64,000 nucleotides of DNA from Gemmatimonadaceae bacterium (lineage in GTDB: Bacteria; Gemmatimonadota; Gemmatimonadetes; Gemmatimonadales; Gemmatimonadaceae): contig JBHYGA010000005.1 in assembly GCA_051859245.1 (NCBI GenBank), positions 64,001 through 128,000 on the forward strand, read 5' to 3'. This document shows, in pieces, positions 1 through 10,609 of this stretch. Both the position numbers and the translations under genes were made by a program. How positions within the stretch are numbered: the first letter of the stretch is position 1; each line of letters opens with the position of its first letter. Below the pieces are notes generated by a model. That model was not told the origin of the DNA. It searched no databases and saw only the letters and a program-made list of their open reading frames with translations.

Positions 1-612
1 CTACAGCAACCGCCCCTGCGCCGCATCTCTCCGCGGCACGACATGACACGCCCGACACCGTGCCTCATACGAATCCGCCGCCCCGACCATGATCGTGGGC
101 GAGTCGTACGGCGCCGGCTTCCCGTCGATCAGCCGCTGATTGCGACTCGCCGACGATCCGCACAGCACACAAATCGCGTGCAGTTTGTCCACCTGTTCAG
201 CCACGGCCATGAGCTGCGGCATCATACCAAACGGCTCACCACGAAAATCTGTATCCGTGCCGGCCACAATCACACGCCGACCACGCTCGGCCAGCGCCGT
301 GCACACGTCCACGATGCCGGCATCAAGAAACTGCGCCTCATCAATCGCAATCACGTGCGCCGTGGGATCCACCCGCTGCGCAATCTGCGCGGATGAATCC
401 ACCGGCACCGCACTGAACGTGCGCTGATCGTGACTGGCAACGGCCCACAATCCCGCGTAGCGATCGTCAAGGTGTGACTTGAACACCTGCACGTGCTTGC
501 GCGCGATTGTGGAGCGTCGCACCCGACGCATGAGTTCTTCGGTCTTTCCACTGAACATCACGCCGGCGATGACTTCAATCCATCCGCCGGGCGCGTGAAA
601 GCCTGAACTCAT
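1..612 (-). CDS. tdk: Thymidine kinase
   Basis: Walker [28 protein letters not shown], and Zn-binding CVLC...CRAC. Confidence 0.97.
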   Translation of the reverse strand: MSSGFHAPGGWIEVIAGVMFSGKTEELMRRVRRSTIARKHVQVFKSHLDDRYAGLWAVASHDQRTFSAVPVDSSAQIAQRVDPTAHVIAIDEAQFLDAGIVDVCTALAERGRRVIVAGTDTDFRGEPFGMMPQLMAVAEQVDKLHAICVLCGSSASRNQRLIDGKPAPYDSPTIMVGAADSYEARCRACHVVPRRDAAQGRLL

Positions 613-618
613 GCGGTA

Positions 619-2715
619 TTACTCTCCCTGCGGACGACGACGGAACGGCAATGACGGACCGTCACCCATGCGCGAGTTGCCACGGTCACCGCCACGCGCA
701 TCCGGACGCGGACGTGCGGCGCGCGACAACGCTTCACCACGCGACGCCCATTCACCGCGCATTTCCGTGCGCTCGGACGGCGAACGATCGCCGTACTCGC
801 GACGCGCGGCATCATTGCCGAACGAACGCGGGCCGCCATCACGCGGCGAGCCGCCACGTGCACCATCACGAGGCGCGCCACCACGCGCACCGTCGCGCGG
901 CGGACCACCGCGCGGTCCATCACCACGCGGCGCATCACCTCGCGGACCACGATCAAAGCTGCGCGCCGGTCCACGATCCGATCCGGCACCAAAACTACGA
1001 CCGGCGCCCGCACCCGGACCACGGCCCGGTCCACGCGGACCCGCAGCCGGTCCACGACCTTCACCACGCGGGCCGCGGCTCTCGCCACGATCTTCCCACG
1101 GCTTGCCACCACGTGACGCACCGCGATCTCCACCACGCTCACGCGGCGGACCACTGCGCGGACGCTCGCTACCACGATCCGCACCACCACGTGCACCGGC
1201 GAAGCCGGCGTGTCCGCCCGCTCCACGATCATCACGGCGCACATGCAACTGGCGTCCACGCAACGTGACGCCGGTGAGCTTTGCAATTACCGTTTCGACG
1301 GAATCACTCGCGATCTCCACGAGTGCGTGTGATTCGAACAGATCAATGCTGCCAATGCGATCGCCCGGCAATCCAGACTCACCAGCGATGGCGCCGAGCA
1401 AATCACCAGGGCGCACGTTGTCGCGCTTGCCCACGTTGAAGAACACGCGCGTTGTGCCGCTGTTCGCGGCCGATTCACTCGCCGCTGCTGCAGCCTGGCG
1501 AACAGGTGATGCAAACACCGCACGATTGGCGAGCGCGCTGCCCTGCGCAATGCTGAGCGCACGTCGCGCGTCGTCATACAAACGTACCGCTGCGGCCGCG
1601 ACTTCCACGGGATCAAACTCGTCGAGCAACGGCGCAACAAGCGCGAGATCCGCAGCACCAACGGTGCGCATATCGGTGAGTGCACCACGCATGGCGCTGA
1701 TCACCGCGTCTGCACCCTTGGCCGTTTTTGTCTGCGCGATTTCCAGCGTGAGCGGACGCGCGGCACCACCACTGATTGCGGTCATCGCCGGCACATCGCT
1801 CGGCTGAATAAAGAACACCGCTTCAACGGGCTGACCAGCGAGCGCACTCGCGAGCGCTTCGGCTGACGACGGCATGTCCCAACCAATGACGGCGGCCGTG
1901 TGACCAAGCGGCGACACGCGCACAATCTGCGTGGCACGTCCGTCAACACGAAGACCAAGATGTGCGAGCGCTTCTGCTGCCTCAGCCTCTGCCACATCAG
2001 TGCTTGCAATAACTGCAAGCGATGGCGGATCACGTTCATCAAGGAATGTGCGCAGCGCAGCGGTGCGTGCAGCCGGTGCGGTGATGAGATAGTGCGGCGT
2101 CACATTGAACGACACCGACATTGCCTTGACCAACGGTGTGATGTGACGCGCCTTGGGCAGATAGCGCTCAAGGAACTCTTTCACATCGCTGTCGTCTTCG
2201 GTGGCACTTGATACAACGCGCACCGCGCTCGATGGAAGGTCGGTGAGCAGCGCTTCGATGGCGTCGCGCGTGCCCTGTTCGGCGAGCATGACGTCGATGC
2301 CGAGCAATACAACTGCCTGGAGCGATTCCATCGACATGGCCGACGCGCGGCGCAGTGCCAGCAAATCAGCTGGGGTGCCAACTACGATCGCAACCGGACT
2401 CGTGGCCAATACACGCTTGGCGCGTGCGGCCGCAGTGACCGGCACAACACGAAGTGTTGGTGCGTCGAGCAAATCACGCGCCTCAGCGGCGGCGAGATGT
2501 GTCGCGGCGGCACTCGGCGTAATCACGAGGCAGGCCGGACCGGAGGGGGCGCCGCCCTGGCGGCTCCGCTCAACGCCGGGGCGAAGAGCTGCTTGTACAG
2601 TGCGCGGTTCCATCGCGCCCATCACGACCACATGCTGGCTGCGCGTGCCGCCAGTAGCCCCGGACTCCACGCCCGTTGCGGTTCCTACCCGTTCGTCGCC
2701 CACGTCCCGCTCCAT
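619..2715 (-). CDS. DeaD/CsdA-like protein with degenerate helicase core, DbpA RNA-binding domain and RGG-rich tail
   Basis: DbpA-type RRM (RVFFNVGKRDNVRPGDLLGAIAGE...IGSIDLFESHALVEI). Helicase remnants LVITPS, VVGTP and SSAT, but no GKT or DEAD. Confidence 0.8.
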   Translation of the reverse strand: MERDVGDERVGTATGVESGATGGTRSQHVVVMGAMEPRTVQAALRPGVERSRQGGAPSGPACLVITPSAAATHLAAAEARDLLDAPTLRVVPVTAAARAKRVLATSPVAIVVGTPADLLALRRASAMSMESLQAVVLLGIDVMLAEQGTRDAIEALLTDLPSSAVRVVSSATEDDSDVKEFLERYLPKARHITPLVKAMSVSFNVTPHYLITAPAARTAALRTFLDERDPPSLAVIASTDVAEAEAAEALAHLGLRVDGRATQIVRVSPLGHTAAVIGWDMPSSAEALASALAGQPVEAVFFIQPSDVPAMTAISGGAARPLTLEIAQTKTAKGADAVISAMRGALTDMRTVGAADLALVAPLLDEFDPVEVAAAAVRLYDDARRALSIAQGSALANRAVFASPVRQAAAAASESAANSGTTRVFFNVGKRDNVRPGDLLGAIAGESGLPGDRIGSIDLFESHALVEIASDSVETVIAKLTGVTLRGRQLHVRRDDRGAGGHAGFAGARGGADRGSERPRSGPPRERGGDRGASRGGKPWEDRGESRGPRGEGRGPAAGPRGPGRGPGAGAGRSFGAGSDRGPARSFDRGPRGDAPRGDGPRGGPPRDGARGGAPRDGARGGSPRDGGPRSFGNDAARREYGDRSPSERTEMRGEWASRGEALSRAARPRPDARGGDRGNSRMGDGPSLPFRRRPQGE

Positions 2716-3006
2716 TCAGTTGTCTAACAGCAATGCGCACGTCCGCCCAGCGGGCGTGCGGAGAGCACACACCGTAGCGTGTACTCCTCAAGGATCGGCC
2801 TGCTCGTCAGGCCTGTTGGGTGGAGGCAGCCGTCTCGACGCCATCGTCGTGACGATCCCCGCTCCACCATTGGCGCCATCGTGTCCGGCGCGTGTAACTT
2901 CAGCGCCATCACGGCGCATCTACGAAAGATAGCCGATTCCCCGCCAACTCTCCATGTGTCGCCCGAGCCGGATTTTCACCCGGATGGGCGCAAACCCCGT
3001 TTTGCC

Positions 3007-4200
3007 ATGTCGAGACCGTTCATCCCGTCGTCCAACATTGCCCGCCTCAAGGAATCGGCCACGCTGGCGGTGGCCGCAAAGGCGCGCTCCCTCAAGGCGG
3101 CTGGTGTGCCGGTCATCGACCTCGGTGCGGGCGAGCCCGATTTTGATACGCCGGCGTTCATCCGACAGGCGGCGGCCGCCGCCGTAGAGGCGGGCGCCAC
3201 GCGCTACACCGCCACAGAGGGCATTCCGGCACTGCGCGAGGCCATCGCCGCCGATGCGAACCGGCTTCTTCCGCCGGGCGCCGAACCATTCACCGCAGCC
3301 CAGGTGGTGGTATCGAACGGCAGCAAGCAGTCACTGTTCAACGCGTGCATGGCGTGCTTTGGCCCGGGCGACGAAGTCCTCGTGCCCACCCCCAGTTGGA
3401 CGAGCTACTACGAAATGCTCGAACTGGCGCGGGCGACGGCGGTACCTGTGATGGGCGATCCGGCCAACTCGCTCAAGGTGACGGCTGCCATCCTTGAGGA
3501 ATCGAGCACGCCGCGCACACGCGGTGTGATGCTCAACTCGCCGTGCAATCCAACCGGCGCCGTGTACACCAGGCAGGAGCTCGAGGATATTCTCGCGTTG
3601 GCGGACAAGCACGCGTGGTGGGTGATCTCCGACGAGATCTATTTGCGCATTGCATACGATGCCCCGGCGACCTCGGTGCTGCAGTTGGCTCCCGCGCGCG
3701 ATCGCTTGATCCTGATTAATGGCGTGGCGAAAGCGTACGCCATGACGGGGTGGCGTATCGGCTGGGCGATTGCGCCGCTCGCCGTCAGCAAGGCCATGAT
3801 CGCGGTGCAGTCACACACGACGTCCAATCCGGCCGCGGTGTCGCAGCACGCGGCGCTGGCGGCGCTCACCAATCTCACGGCCGCAGATGCCGCCATCAAC
3901 GACATGGTGCACGCGTTTCACCGTCGCCGCGATGCCGTGCTCAATGCGCTCGGCGATGTAAAACAATACGCCGTGCACCCCGCGGGCGCGTTCTACCTGT
4001 ACATCGACGTGTCGTCATTCGGTGGTGACGATCCCGGCGCAAAGTTCTCGGGCGCACTGCTCGATGAACATCAGGTCGCCGTGGTGCCAGGCAGCGCGTT
4101 TCTTACGCCGCAATGGATTCGCGCGTCGTACGCGTGTGCCGACGAAATCGCGGTCGAGGGCATGCAGCGCATCGCGCGCCTGCTCTCGGCCGGACGATGA
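3007..4200 (+). CDS. aspC: Class I PLP-dependent aminotransferase (aspartate aminotransferase)
   Basis: GEPDF, NSPCNPTG, SDEIY and KAYAMTGWRIG (PLP lysine). Start moved to ATG 3007. Confidence 0.92.
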   Translation: MSRPFIPSSNIARLKESATLAVAAKARSLKAAGVPVIDLGAGEPDFDTPAFIRQAAAAAVEAGATRYTATEGIPALREAIAADANRLLPPGAEPFTAAQVVVSNGSKQSLFNACMACFGPGDEVLVPTPSWTSYYEMLELARATAVPVMGDPANSLKVTAAILEESSTPRTRGVMLNSPCNPTGAVYTRQELEDILALADKHAWWVISDEIYLRIAYDAPATSVLQLAPARDRLILINGVAKAYAMTGWRIGWAIAPLAVSKAMIAVQSHTTSNPAAVSQHAALAALTNLTAADAAINDMVHAFHRRRDAVLNALGDVKQYAVHPAGAFYLYIDVSSFGGDDPGAKFSGALLDEHQVAVVPGSAFLTPQWIRASYACADEIAVEGMQRIARLLSAGR

Positions 4201-4223
4201 TCTTTGATACCACCGGAGCATCC

Positions 4224-4502
4224 ATGATCACCACCATCGTACTGATTCAGGCCGATCCGAAGCGCATTGCGGAATGCGCCAACACTCTGGCGGGCATTGA
4301 AGGCGTCGCCGAGGTGTACTCGGTGTCAGGCGCGTGGGACCTTGTGGCGATTGTTCGCGTGGCGGATCTGGAACGCATTGCCGATGTCGTCACTCGTGAC
4401 TTCGCCACGGTGCCAGGCATTGAACGCACGCAAACGCTCACGGCCTTCCGCGCCTACTCGCGCAAGGATCTCGAGCAGGCGTGGGATATTGGTGTTGAGT
4501 AG
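4224..4502 (+). CDS. Stand-alone Lrp/AsnC ligand-binding (RAM) domain protein
   Basis: EVYSVSGAWDLVAIVRV...GIERTQTL, no HTH. GGAG RBS before ATG 4224. Confidence 0.88.
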   Translation: MITTIVLIQADPKRIAECANTLAGIEGVAEVYSVSGAWDLVAIVRVADLERIADVVTRDFATVPGIERTQTLTAFRAYSRKDLEQAWDIGVE

Positions 4503-4509
4503 TTGCTGA

Positions 4510-5514
4510 TCAGAAGTCGCAGCGATTACCGGTGAAGCGAAACACTTCACGCCACGCATCGTTCTCGAAACGCAGCGCGGTCGTGAACAGCGGCGCCAGC
4601 TCGCGTTCTGTGAGTCCGAAAAAGATCTCCGGCACACCGTCGTTGTCCACGTCGAGATAGTCCAGATATTCGACGCGCGGCGCGGTGCCACGATTACCCA
4701 CCGTTGAAAACGTGTACGTGGGTCGATAGCCGTAGGTGCCCTTGTCGAGAATCACAATGAGCTGTCGCGGACGTTCGCCAAACGAACGCACGCTGTCGGG
4801 CAACGGCGAGCGATCATTGTACTCCACCAGCAATGACGAGCCGCCATTGATGCCCGTGGGTATCTGATGCACGCGGCGTTCGTAGCGAGGCAGCTGCGAT
4901 GCGCCCACACCGGCGGCCGGTGCGACAAGCGTGCCCACGTTGGCGAGCGCGCGGGCGATCTCGGCCTGGTCAAGCGTTGGTCCATGCTTCAGTGGCGGAC
5001 GCTTGCCATTGGTTGCAAACGGCGGCAAACGCGTGTCTACCGTACCCGTGAGCAACGACCGTCCCATCGGAACAACCACGGGACAGTTGAGCGAGTCGAG
5101 AGCCGCAACACCGGGCTGCCACATGCCGCGAAACATGCGCATGTCGGTCTGCGCGCGGTTTTCACCGTAGGGCGTGAGTGTCTTGCCGGCGTGCATGAAG
5201 CTGGCGTCCACCCGCCGCCAACCACGGCTGGAGAGCTTGAGCGGGCGAATCCCCTGCGCGCCAATCGTGCCGATGGGGACAACCAACGCGCCGCCCGCAT
5301 CGGGAATCACGCGAAACAGCACCTCAGGATTCGAGGCCAGCAGCAAGCTGTCGCGCGTCCACCGCGAAACCGTTGGATCACCACTGATCGCACGACGAAT
5401 CGGCCCGCCTTCGTCGCAGGCGCTCGCAACCAGTACCATCGCACTGAGCGAGCCGAGGGCCATGGTGCGGCGCATCGATCGGGGTATCAGAGTCGCCGTG
5501 AACGGCAAGGCCAT
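4510..5514 (-). CDS. Hypothetical lipoprotein
   Basis: Lipobox-like ASAC and a C-terminal DVDNDGVPEI (FG-GAP/Ca-binding-like) motif. Confidence 0.7.
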   Translation of the reverse strand: MALPFTATLIPRSMRRTMALGSLSAMVLVASACDEGGPIRRAISGDPTVSRWTRDSLLLASNPEVLFRVIPDAGGALVVPIGTIGAQGIRPLKLSSRGWRRVDASFMHAGKTLTPYGENRAQTDMRMFRGMWQPGVAALDSLNCPVVVPMGRSLLTGTVDTRLPPFATNGKRPPLKHGPTLDQAEIARALANVGTLVAPAAGVGASQLPRYERRVHQIPTGINGGSSLLVEYNDRSPLPDSVRSFGERPRQLIVILDKGTYGYRPTYTFSTVGNRGTAPRVEYLDYLDVDNDGVPEIFFGLTERELAPLFTTALRFENDAWREVFRFTGNRCDF

Positions 5515-5784
5515 AAGAAATCAGGAGAGACGGGGAAGAACGGCTGTCACAAGAATTACGGATCGGCCGGGTGTTTGTCACTGGAGAGGCGTCACAGTTC
5601 CTTCGCGCTGCGAATCGTGCGGTACCCCGGAGCCAGCCAGAAATGACGATCCAGACCACCGCAGGCCACGCTCAATCCAACGGCGGAGCCTGTCGTCAAC
5701 ACTGGGGTACAGCTCCTCGACCGGTCACCGGCCGGACCTCCCCACTGGCGCGTTTGTTTCTCGTTGCACAATCTCCGCCCAATC

Positions 5785-6771
5785 ATGCATGCTGTGACTC
5801 ATTGTTCCGTTCGCCTGCACGCGCGCGCAGTGGCGCTGCTGCTCACCTGTTCGGTCCTGTTTTCCGCCGCCCTCGGCGCACCACTCTCCGCGCAAAGCAC
5901 GGCGGGGGAAGCAAACTCGCGACGGGAGCGATCGAGCGGTGACGGAACCAGTCGCGCGATCTCGCTGGTCGTGCAGCCGCAACGAGCCGATGTCTTCCGA
6001 CTGCATCTGCGACAGGATATCGAGATCAGTGGCACCAAGCGTGAAGCGCCGGCCATGCCGGGTGAGCGGGTGACACCAACCGTCGCGAGTGCCAAGCAAC
6101 GAGCCACGGTACTTGGTCCTCGACGCAACGCCACGCCCACGCGGGTCACGATCATGGACTTCTATGCCAAGTCCACCGTTGAAAAGGTCGACGCGTCGGG
6201 TGCGGTACTGTCGGCGGTTACAGATTCATTGCTTGTGCGCTCGGGGGAGCTCGGGGAAAAGCTTCGTGCCGAACGTGTGCCAGTTGCCGCAGGGACGGCG
6301 CCCACGCGCATTCGCGTGAAGGAAAACGGCGCCATGGTCAATCTCGATGCTGCAACCGGCGTGACCGCGACTCTCGCCGCGATGCCCGCCTTGCTCCCCG
6401 ACCAACCGGTACGAGTGGGCGATCAATGGGAGCGCGAAATTGCGATTCCGGCGCTGCCGCTCACCACGTACCGAGCGGACGGTGTGCTGCACGCTGTCTT
6501 CACGCTGGACTCCACGTCGCGAGGCGGTCGGGATGCGCATGTCTCGGTCACCGGCACGCTGCGACGGGACGGATCGGCGCGCGAACTGCCGCCAGGTTCG
6601 CGTGTGATCACGGCAGGCGAGATGAGTGGATCGCTCGTGCTCGATCGGCAACGGGGCTGGATCATGGACGCACGCACCACGATCGACGTGCAATCCGAAG
6701 TGGTGGCCGCCGACGCGGCTCCTGCCATGCAACTCGGCATTCGTATCACACAGCGACTTCGGGTACGCTGA
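5785..6771 (+). CDS. Hypothetical secreted beta-rich protein
   Basis: Signal peptide ending LSAQ and an LPDQPVRVGDQW motif. Start uncertain. Confidence 0.65.
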   Translation: MHAVTHCSVRLHARAVALLLTCSVLFSAALGAPLSAQSTAGEANSRRERSSGDGTSRAISLVVQPQRADVFRLHLRQDIEISGTKREAPAMPGERVTPTVASAKQRATVLGPRRNATPTRVTIMDFYAKSTVEKVDASGAVLSAVTDSLLVRSGELGEKLRAERVPVAAGTAPTRIRVKENGAMVNLDAATGVTATLAAMPALLPDQPVRVGDQWEREIAIPALPLTTYRADGVLHAVFTLDSTSRGGRDAHVSVTGTLRRDGSARELPPGSRVITAGEMSGSLVLDRQRGWIMDARTTIDVQSEVVAADAAPAMQLGIRITQRLRVR

Positions 6772-6856
6772 GCGCGCAACGCGTCCGCGTTCGGCGTGGT
6801 GCGTTGGCTAGTTTTCACGAGCACGCCGCGACACTTCGCACGCCCTGCCTCAATAC

Positions 6857-8119
6857 ATGCGTCTCGTACACCTGTCCGATCTGCATCTCGGTTTCCGACA
6901 GTTTCAGCGTCAGACCCCAACCGGTGTAAACCAGCGGGAGGCTGACGTTGCGGCCACCTGCGCACGCGCGATGACGCAGATCATTGCCATCAAGCCAGAC
7001 ATCGTGCTGGTTGGCGGCGACGTTTTTCATCAGGTGCGGCCTCCAAACTCGGCCATCCTTGACGCGTTCCGGATGTTCGCGCAGTTGCGTGCGGCGTTGC
7101 CCAATACGCTCATCGTGATGATTGCCGGTAATCACGACGTGCCGCGCACCACAGATGCGGGATGCATTCTGCAGCTGTTCACCGAGTTGAATGTACGCGT
7201 TGTGTTTCGTGGTGCGGAACGCATTGATGACGCGGCGCGTGACGTGTCCGTGCTGGCCGTGCCCTACGCACCACCCGGATTGCCGAGCTCGAACGGCGCG
7301 GTCGCGGTGCCGTCACACGTGTTTCAGATGGATGCGCGTCGCAAGTACAACGTGCTCCTGCTGCATGACGAAGTACGCGGTGTGGTGCCAACGGCTGCGC
7401 AGCCCGGCGATCGACTGTACACGCCCATTGATCCCGTAGACCTTGAGCGCGAGCCGTGGGACTACGTGGGGCTCGGCCACTATCACGTGTACCGACGCAT
7501 CGAATTGCAGCACGGCGCAACCCGACGGGCCATTCCGTGCTATTACAGCGGTTCACTCGACTACACGAGCACGAATCCGTGGGCCGACGTGCGTGAGGAA
7601 GTGCAGCGCAACGGTGCAAGCGCAGGGCAGGGCAAAGGCTTCATCGAGCACAATCTTGAAACCGGTGAACACATATTTCATCCGGTATCGGTGTCGAGAC
7701 GCCTGCTGGATCTGCCCGCGATCAACGCGGCTGACTGCACCGCAGCCGAACTTGATGATCTGATTGCGACCACACTCTCGCGAGCCGGTCGTGCACTGGA
7801 TGATGCGATTGTGCGACTCGTCGTGCGCGATGTGTCGCGGCATGTGGTGCGTACGCTGGACTATGCACCGCTCCGCGAAGCACGAAAGCGCACCATGCAC
7901 TTTCATCTTGACACACGCAAGCCGGAAGTGCTCGAGTCTGCCAGCACCGGTGGCGCCCCAAGCCGTCGCGCCACGCTGCGCGACAGACTCGCGGCGCGTT
8001 TGCAACTGCGTCCGCTCGCGCCGGGGCTCGATCGGGATCGGCTTGTACAACTCGGGCTGGCGTATCTTACGCGCGCCGAAGACGCCGCTGTAGCTGCGCT
8101 TCCCGTGGCGGAGGCGTAG
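6857..8119 (+). CDS. sbcD: SbcD/Mre11-family metallophosphoesterase nuclease
   Basis: DLHLG, GDVF, GNHD, GHYH and YSGS phosphoesterase motifs; lies upstream of an SMC ATPase. Confidence 0.92.
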   Translation: MRLVHLSDLHLGFRQFQRQTPTGVNQREADVAATCARAMTQIIAIKPDIVLVGGDVFHQVRPPNSAILDAFRMFAQLRAALPNTLIVMIAGNHDVPRTTDAGCILQLFTELNVRVVFRGAERIDDAARDVSVLAVPYAPPGLPSSNGAVAVPSHVFQMDARRKYNVLLLHDEVRGVVPTAAQPGDRLYTPIDPVDLEREPWDYVGLGHYHVYRRIELQHGATRRAIPCYYSGSLDYTSTNPWADVREEVQRNGASAGQGKGFIEHNLETGEHIFHPVSVSRRLLDLPAINAADCTAAELDDLIATTLSRAGRALDDAIVRLVVRDVSRHVVRTLDYAPLREARKRTMHFHLDTRKPEVLESASTGGAPSRRATLRDRLAARLQLRPLAPGLDRDRLVQLGLAYLTRAEDAAVAALPVAEA

Positions 8120-8122
8120 CCC

Positions 8123-10609
8123 GTGCGACTGCATGCGCTCACGCTGCGCAACTTTCGGCAGCACGTCGACACGCACATCACCTTTGCTGCTGGTCTCACC
8201 GGCATCATTGGCGCAAACGGTGCGGGCAAGACCACAATTCTCGAGGCGATCGCGTGGGCGTTGTACGGCAACAGCGCCGCCCGTGGTACGCGCGAGTCCA
8301 TTCGCCACGCACGCGCGAGTGACAGCGCTCCCGTACGCGTTGAATTGGAGTTTGAGCTTGGGGCGCATCGCTACCGCGTAGAGCGCACGCTGCGTACCGC
8401 CGAAGTGCGGCTTGATGGCGGCGCCGAGCCGATTGCTAAAACCATTCGTGGTGTCAACGAGCTGTTGCAGCGCAAGCTTGGCATGTCGCGCGCGGAGTTC
8501 TTCAACACGTATTTCACGGGCCAGAAAGAGCTGGACGTGATGGCCGCGCTTGGTCCGGTCGAGCGCGCTCGGTTTCTGGTTCGCGTGCTTGGCTATGATC
8601 GACTTGGTGTGGCGCAGGAAATGTTGCGCGAGCAGCGGCGGACCCTCATTGCCGAGTTGGCCGGATTGCGGAGTGGCATGCCGGATCGCGATGAGGTGGA
8701 TCAGCGCGTGATCGATGCCGATATCGCGCTGGCCGCCGCGCGTGATCAGGGGGAACTCGCCAGTGCCGCGATGTCCGAAGCATCGCTGCAACTCGAGCAG
8801 GTGGCTCCGGTGTGGAAACACGCCGAGCAGTCGCGCGAGCGCTGGGTTGCGCTTGAGGCCGATCGACGTGTGCTCGTGGAGCAGATTGAAGCGCAAACGC
8901 GAGACCTGAATCGTCTGCAGCGTGAACGTGACGCCGCACGTGAAGCGCGCGAGGCGGCAGTGCCACTGCAGCGTGAAGCGACCGCGTTGCCCGGGCTGCG
9001 TGTGCAGTTGCAAGCGCTGGATGCACTCGCGGCCACGGAGAGTGAGCGACGCGTGATTGTGGAGCGGCTTCGTGCGTTGCGCGACGACGACGCGCGACTC
9101 GACGAGCGACTCTCTAAACTGCAATCGGCTCCGCAGTTGGAGATTGAGCAACGCGGCGCGCTTGATGCGCTGCGCGTATCGCTCGCCGAGGCGGGCACGT
9201 TGCATGACGACGCGCGCACCACCTGGGCACGTGATCGACAGGAAGCGGAAACGCGACTCGACGCATTGCGTCTGCAGCAGGACGAACTCACCGTCCAGCA
9301 AAAGGCGCTCGAGGGTCTGGGTGAGGAAAGCCCGTGTCCAACGTGCGGCCGTCCGCTCGGCGCGTCGTTCCGCGATGTGCTCGCGCTTGTGACCGAGCAG
9401 CTCGACACCGTAACCGTTGATGCGAGCTATTACCGGCAGCGCGTGCGCGAGCTGGCGTCGGTGCCGGAGTCCGTGACGGAACTTGATTCGCGACGTGTGG
9501 CCATCCAGCAGGAGATCACGGCTGCAGAACGGCGATACGCTCGAATTCAGGCCGCCCTGCTTGAGCGCGAACAGCTCACGCCGCAACTGCAAACGTTACG
9601 TGACCGAATCGCTGAAATCGCGGCCCAGTTGGCCACCTATTCATCTGATTACGACGCCGCTTTGCATGCCAAAGTTCGGGCCGATGTGGTGCGTGTGCAG
9701 GACATTGCGGCCAGAGCGGCCCAGCTCCAGGTCTCGGCCGATCGTGAACCGTCCGTGCGTGACCAGCTTGAGCAAACCGATGTTGCGCAACGGGCCGCGC
9801 AGCTGCGCCTTCGCACAATCGATGAGGAGCGGGTCGCGCTGCACTTTGATGCCACGCGTCATGAACAGCTGCGCGCCGAACACGCGGAGGCAACGCGACG
9901 CGTGCACGAAGCGCAACTGCATCACTCGGAGTGCCGAGGGGCAGTGAAGCGCGCGGAGCAGCAGCGGGAGGCCGCCTACGCGGCGCGCAAGGCCCTTGAG
10001 CAGCTGTTGGTTCGCGCCGCCGCGCTCGAGAACGAACGCTCGCTGCACGATGAGCTGGATGATGAGTACGCCGCACTTCGTGAAGAGCTGAACGATCAGC
10101 TGCGTCCTGAACTCTCCGAGCTGGCGAGCGCATTTCTTGAATCGCTCACGGATGGGCGCTACGCCTCGCTCGAACTGGATGAGAACTATGCGGTGCAGGT
10201 GCTGGAAGACGGCCTGCCCAAGACCGTGCTCTCGGGCGGCGAAGAAGATTTGTGCAACCTCGTGCTGCGTCTGGCCATTTCACAGATGATCGCCGAGCGG
10301 GCCGGTCAGCCGTTTTCGCTGCTTATACTGGACGAAGTATTTGGTTCACTGGATGAGTCGCGTCGCGAAAATGTACTGGCGCTTCTGCGTCGCTTGCACG
10401 ATCGTTTTGAGCAGGTGATGGTGATTACGCACATCGAAGACGTTCGCGAGGGCTTGGATCGCGTGTTGAGTGTGACCTACGATCAGGAAACAGGGAGTAG
10501 CCGGGTGCAGGCTTCGCTTGGTGGCGCGGCCGGTGCTGAGGCCGCTGCGTGGGAAACCGAGGGTGCCGAGCTCCGCGCGCGCGGTGCGTTGGACGAGGCG
10601 CAGGCGTGA
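8123..10609 (+). CDS. sbcC: SbcC/Rad50 SMC-family ATPase
   Basis: Walker A GANGAGKT, coiled coils, zinc hook CPTCG, signature LSGGE, Walker B LILDE, H-loop ITH. Confidence 0.95.
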   Translation: MRLHALTLRNFRQHVDTHITFAAGLTGIIGANGAGKTTILEAIAWALYGNSAARGTRESIRHARASDSAPVRVELEFELGAHRYRVERTLRTAEVRLDGGAEPIAKTIRGVNELLQRKLGMSRAEFFNTYFTGQKELDVMAALGPVERARFLVRVLGYDRLGVAQEMLREQRRTLIAELAGLRSGMPDRDEVDQRVIDADIALAAARDQGELASAAMSEASLQLEQVAPVWKHAEQSRERWVALEADRRVLVEQIEAQTRDLNRLQRERDAAREAREAAVPLQREATALPGLRVQLQALDALAATESERRVIVERLRALRDDDARLDERLSKLQSAPQLEIEQRGALDALRVSLAEAGTLHDDARTTWARDRQEAETRLDALRLQQDELTVQQKALEGLGEESPCPTCGRPLGASFRDVLALVTEQLDTVTVDASYYRQRVRELASVPESVTELDSRRVAIQQEITAAERRYARIQAALLEREQLTPQLQTLRDRIAEIAAQLATYSSDYDAALHAKVRADVVRVQDIAARAAQLQVSADREPSVRDQLEQTDVAQRAAQLRLRTIDEERVALHFDATRHEQLRAEHAEATRRVHEAQLHHSECRGAVKRAEQQREAAYAARKALEQLLVRAAALENERSLHDELDDEYAALREELNDQLRPELSELASAFLESLTDGRYASLELDENYAVQVLEDGLPKTVLSGGEEDLCNLVLRLAISQMIAERAGQPFSLLILDEVFGSLDESRRENVLALLRRLHDRFEQVMVITHIEDVREGLDRVLSVTYDQETGSSRVQASLGGAAGAEAAAWETEGAELRARGALDEAQA

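Noticed and set aside
820..1150. Quasi-repeats (CCACGCGG-rich)
   Set aside because: Explained by the RGG/RDG low-complexity tail coded on the minus strand.
7553..9592. 679-aa ORF antisense to sbcD/sbcC (similar long ORFs at 30994-32769 and 52464-53921)
   Set aside because: Shadow ORFs opposite well-supported genes in GC-rich DNA, with no recognisable motifs.
6857..10609. SMC ATPase plus nuclease as a Wadjet or Lamassu defence system
   Set aside because: The order and motifs (phosphoesterase, then zinc-hook Rad50) match housekeeping SbcCD. No kleisin, KITE or effector genes are present.
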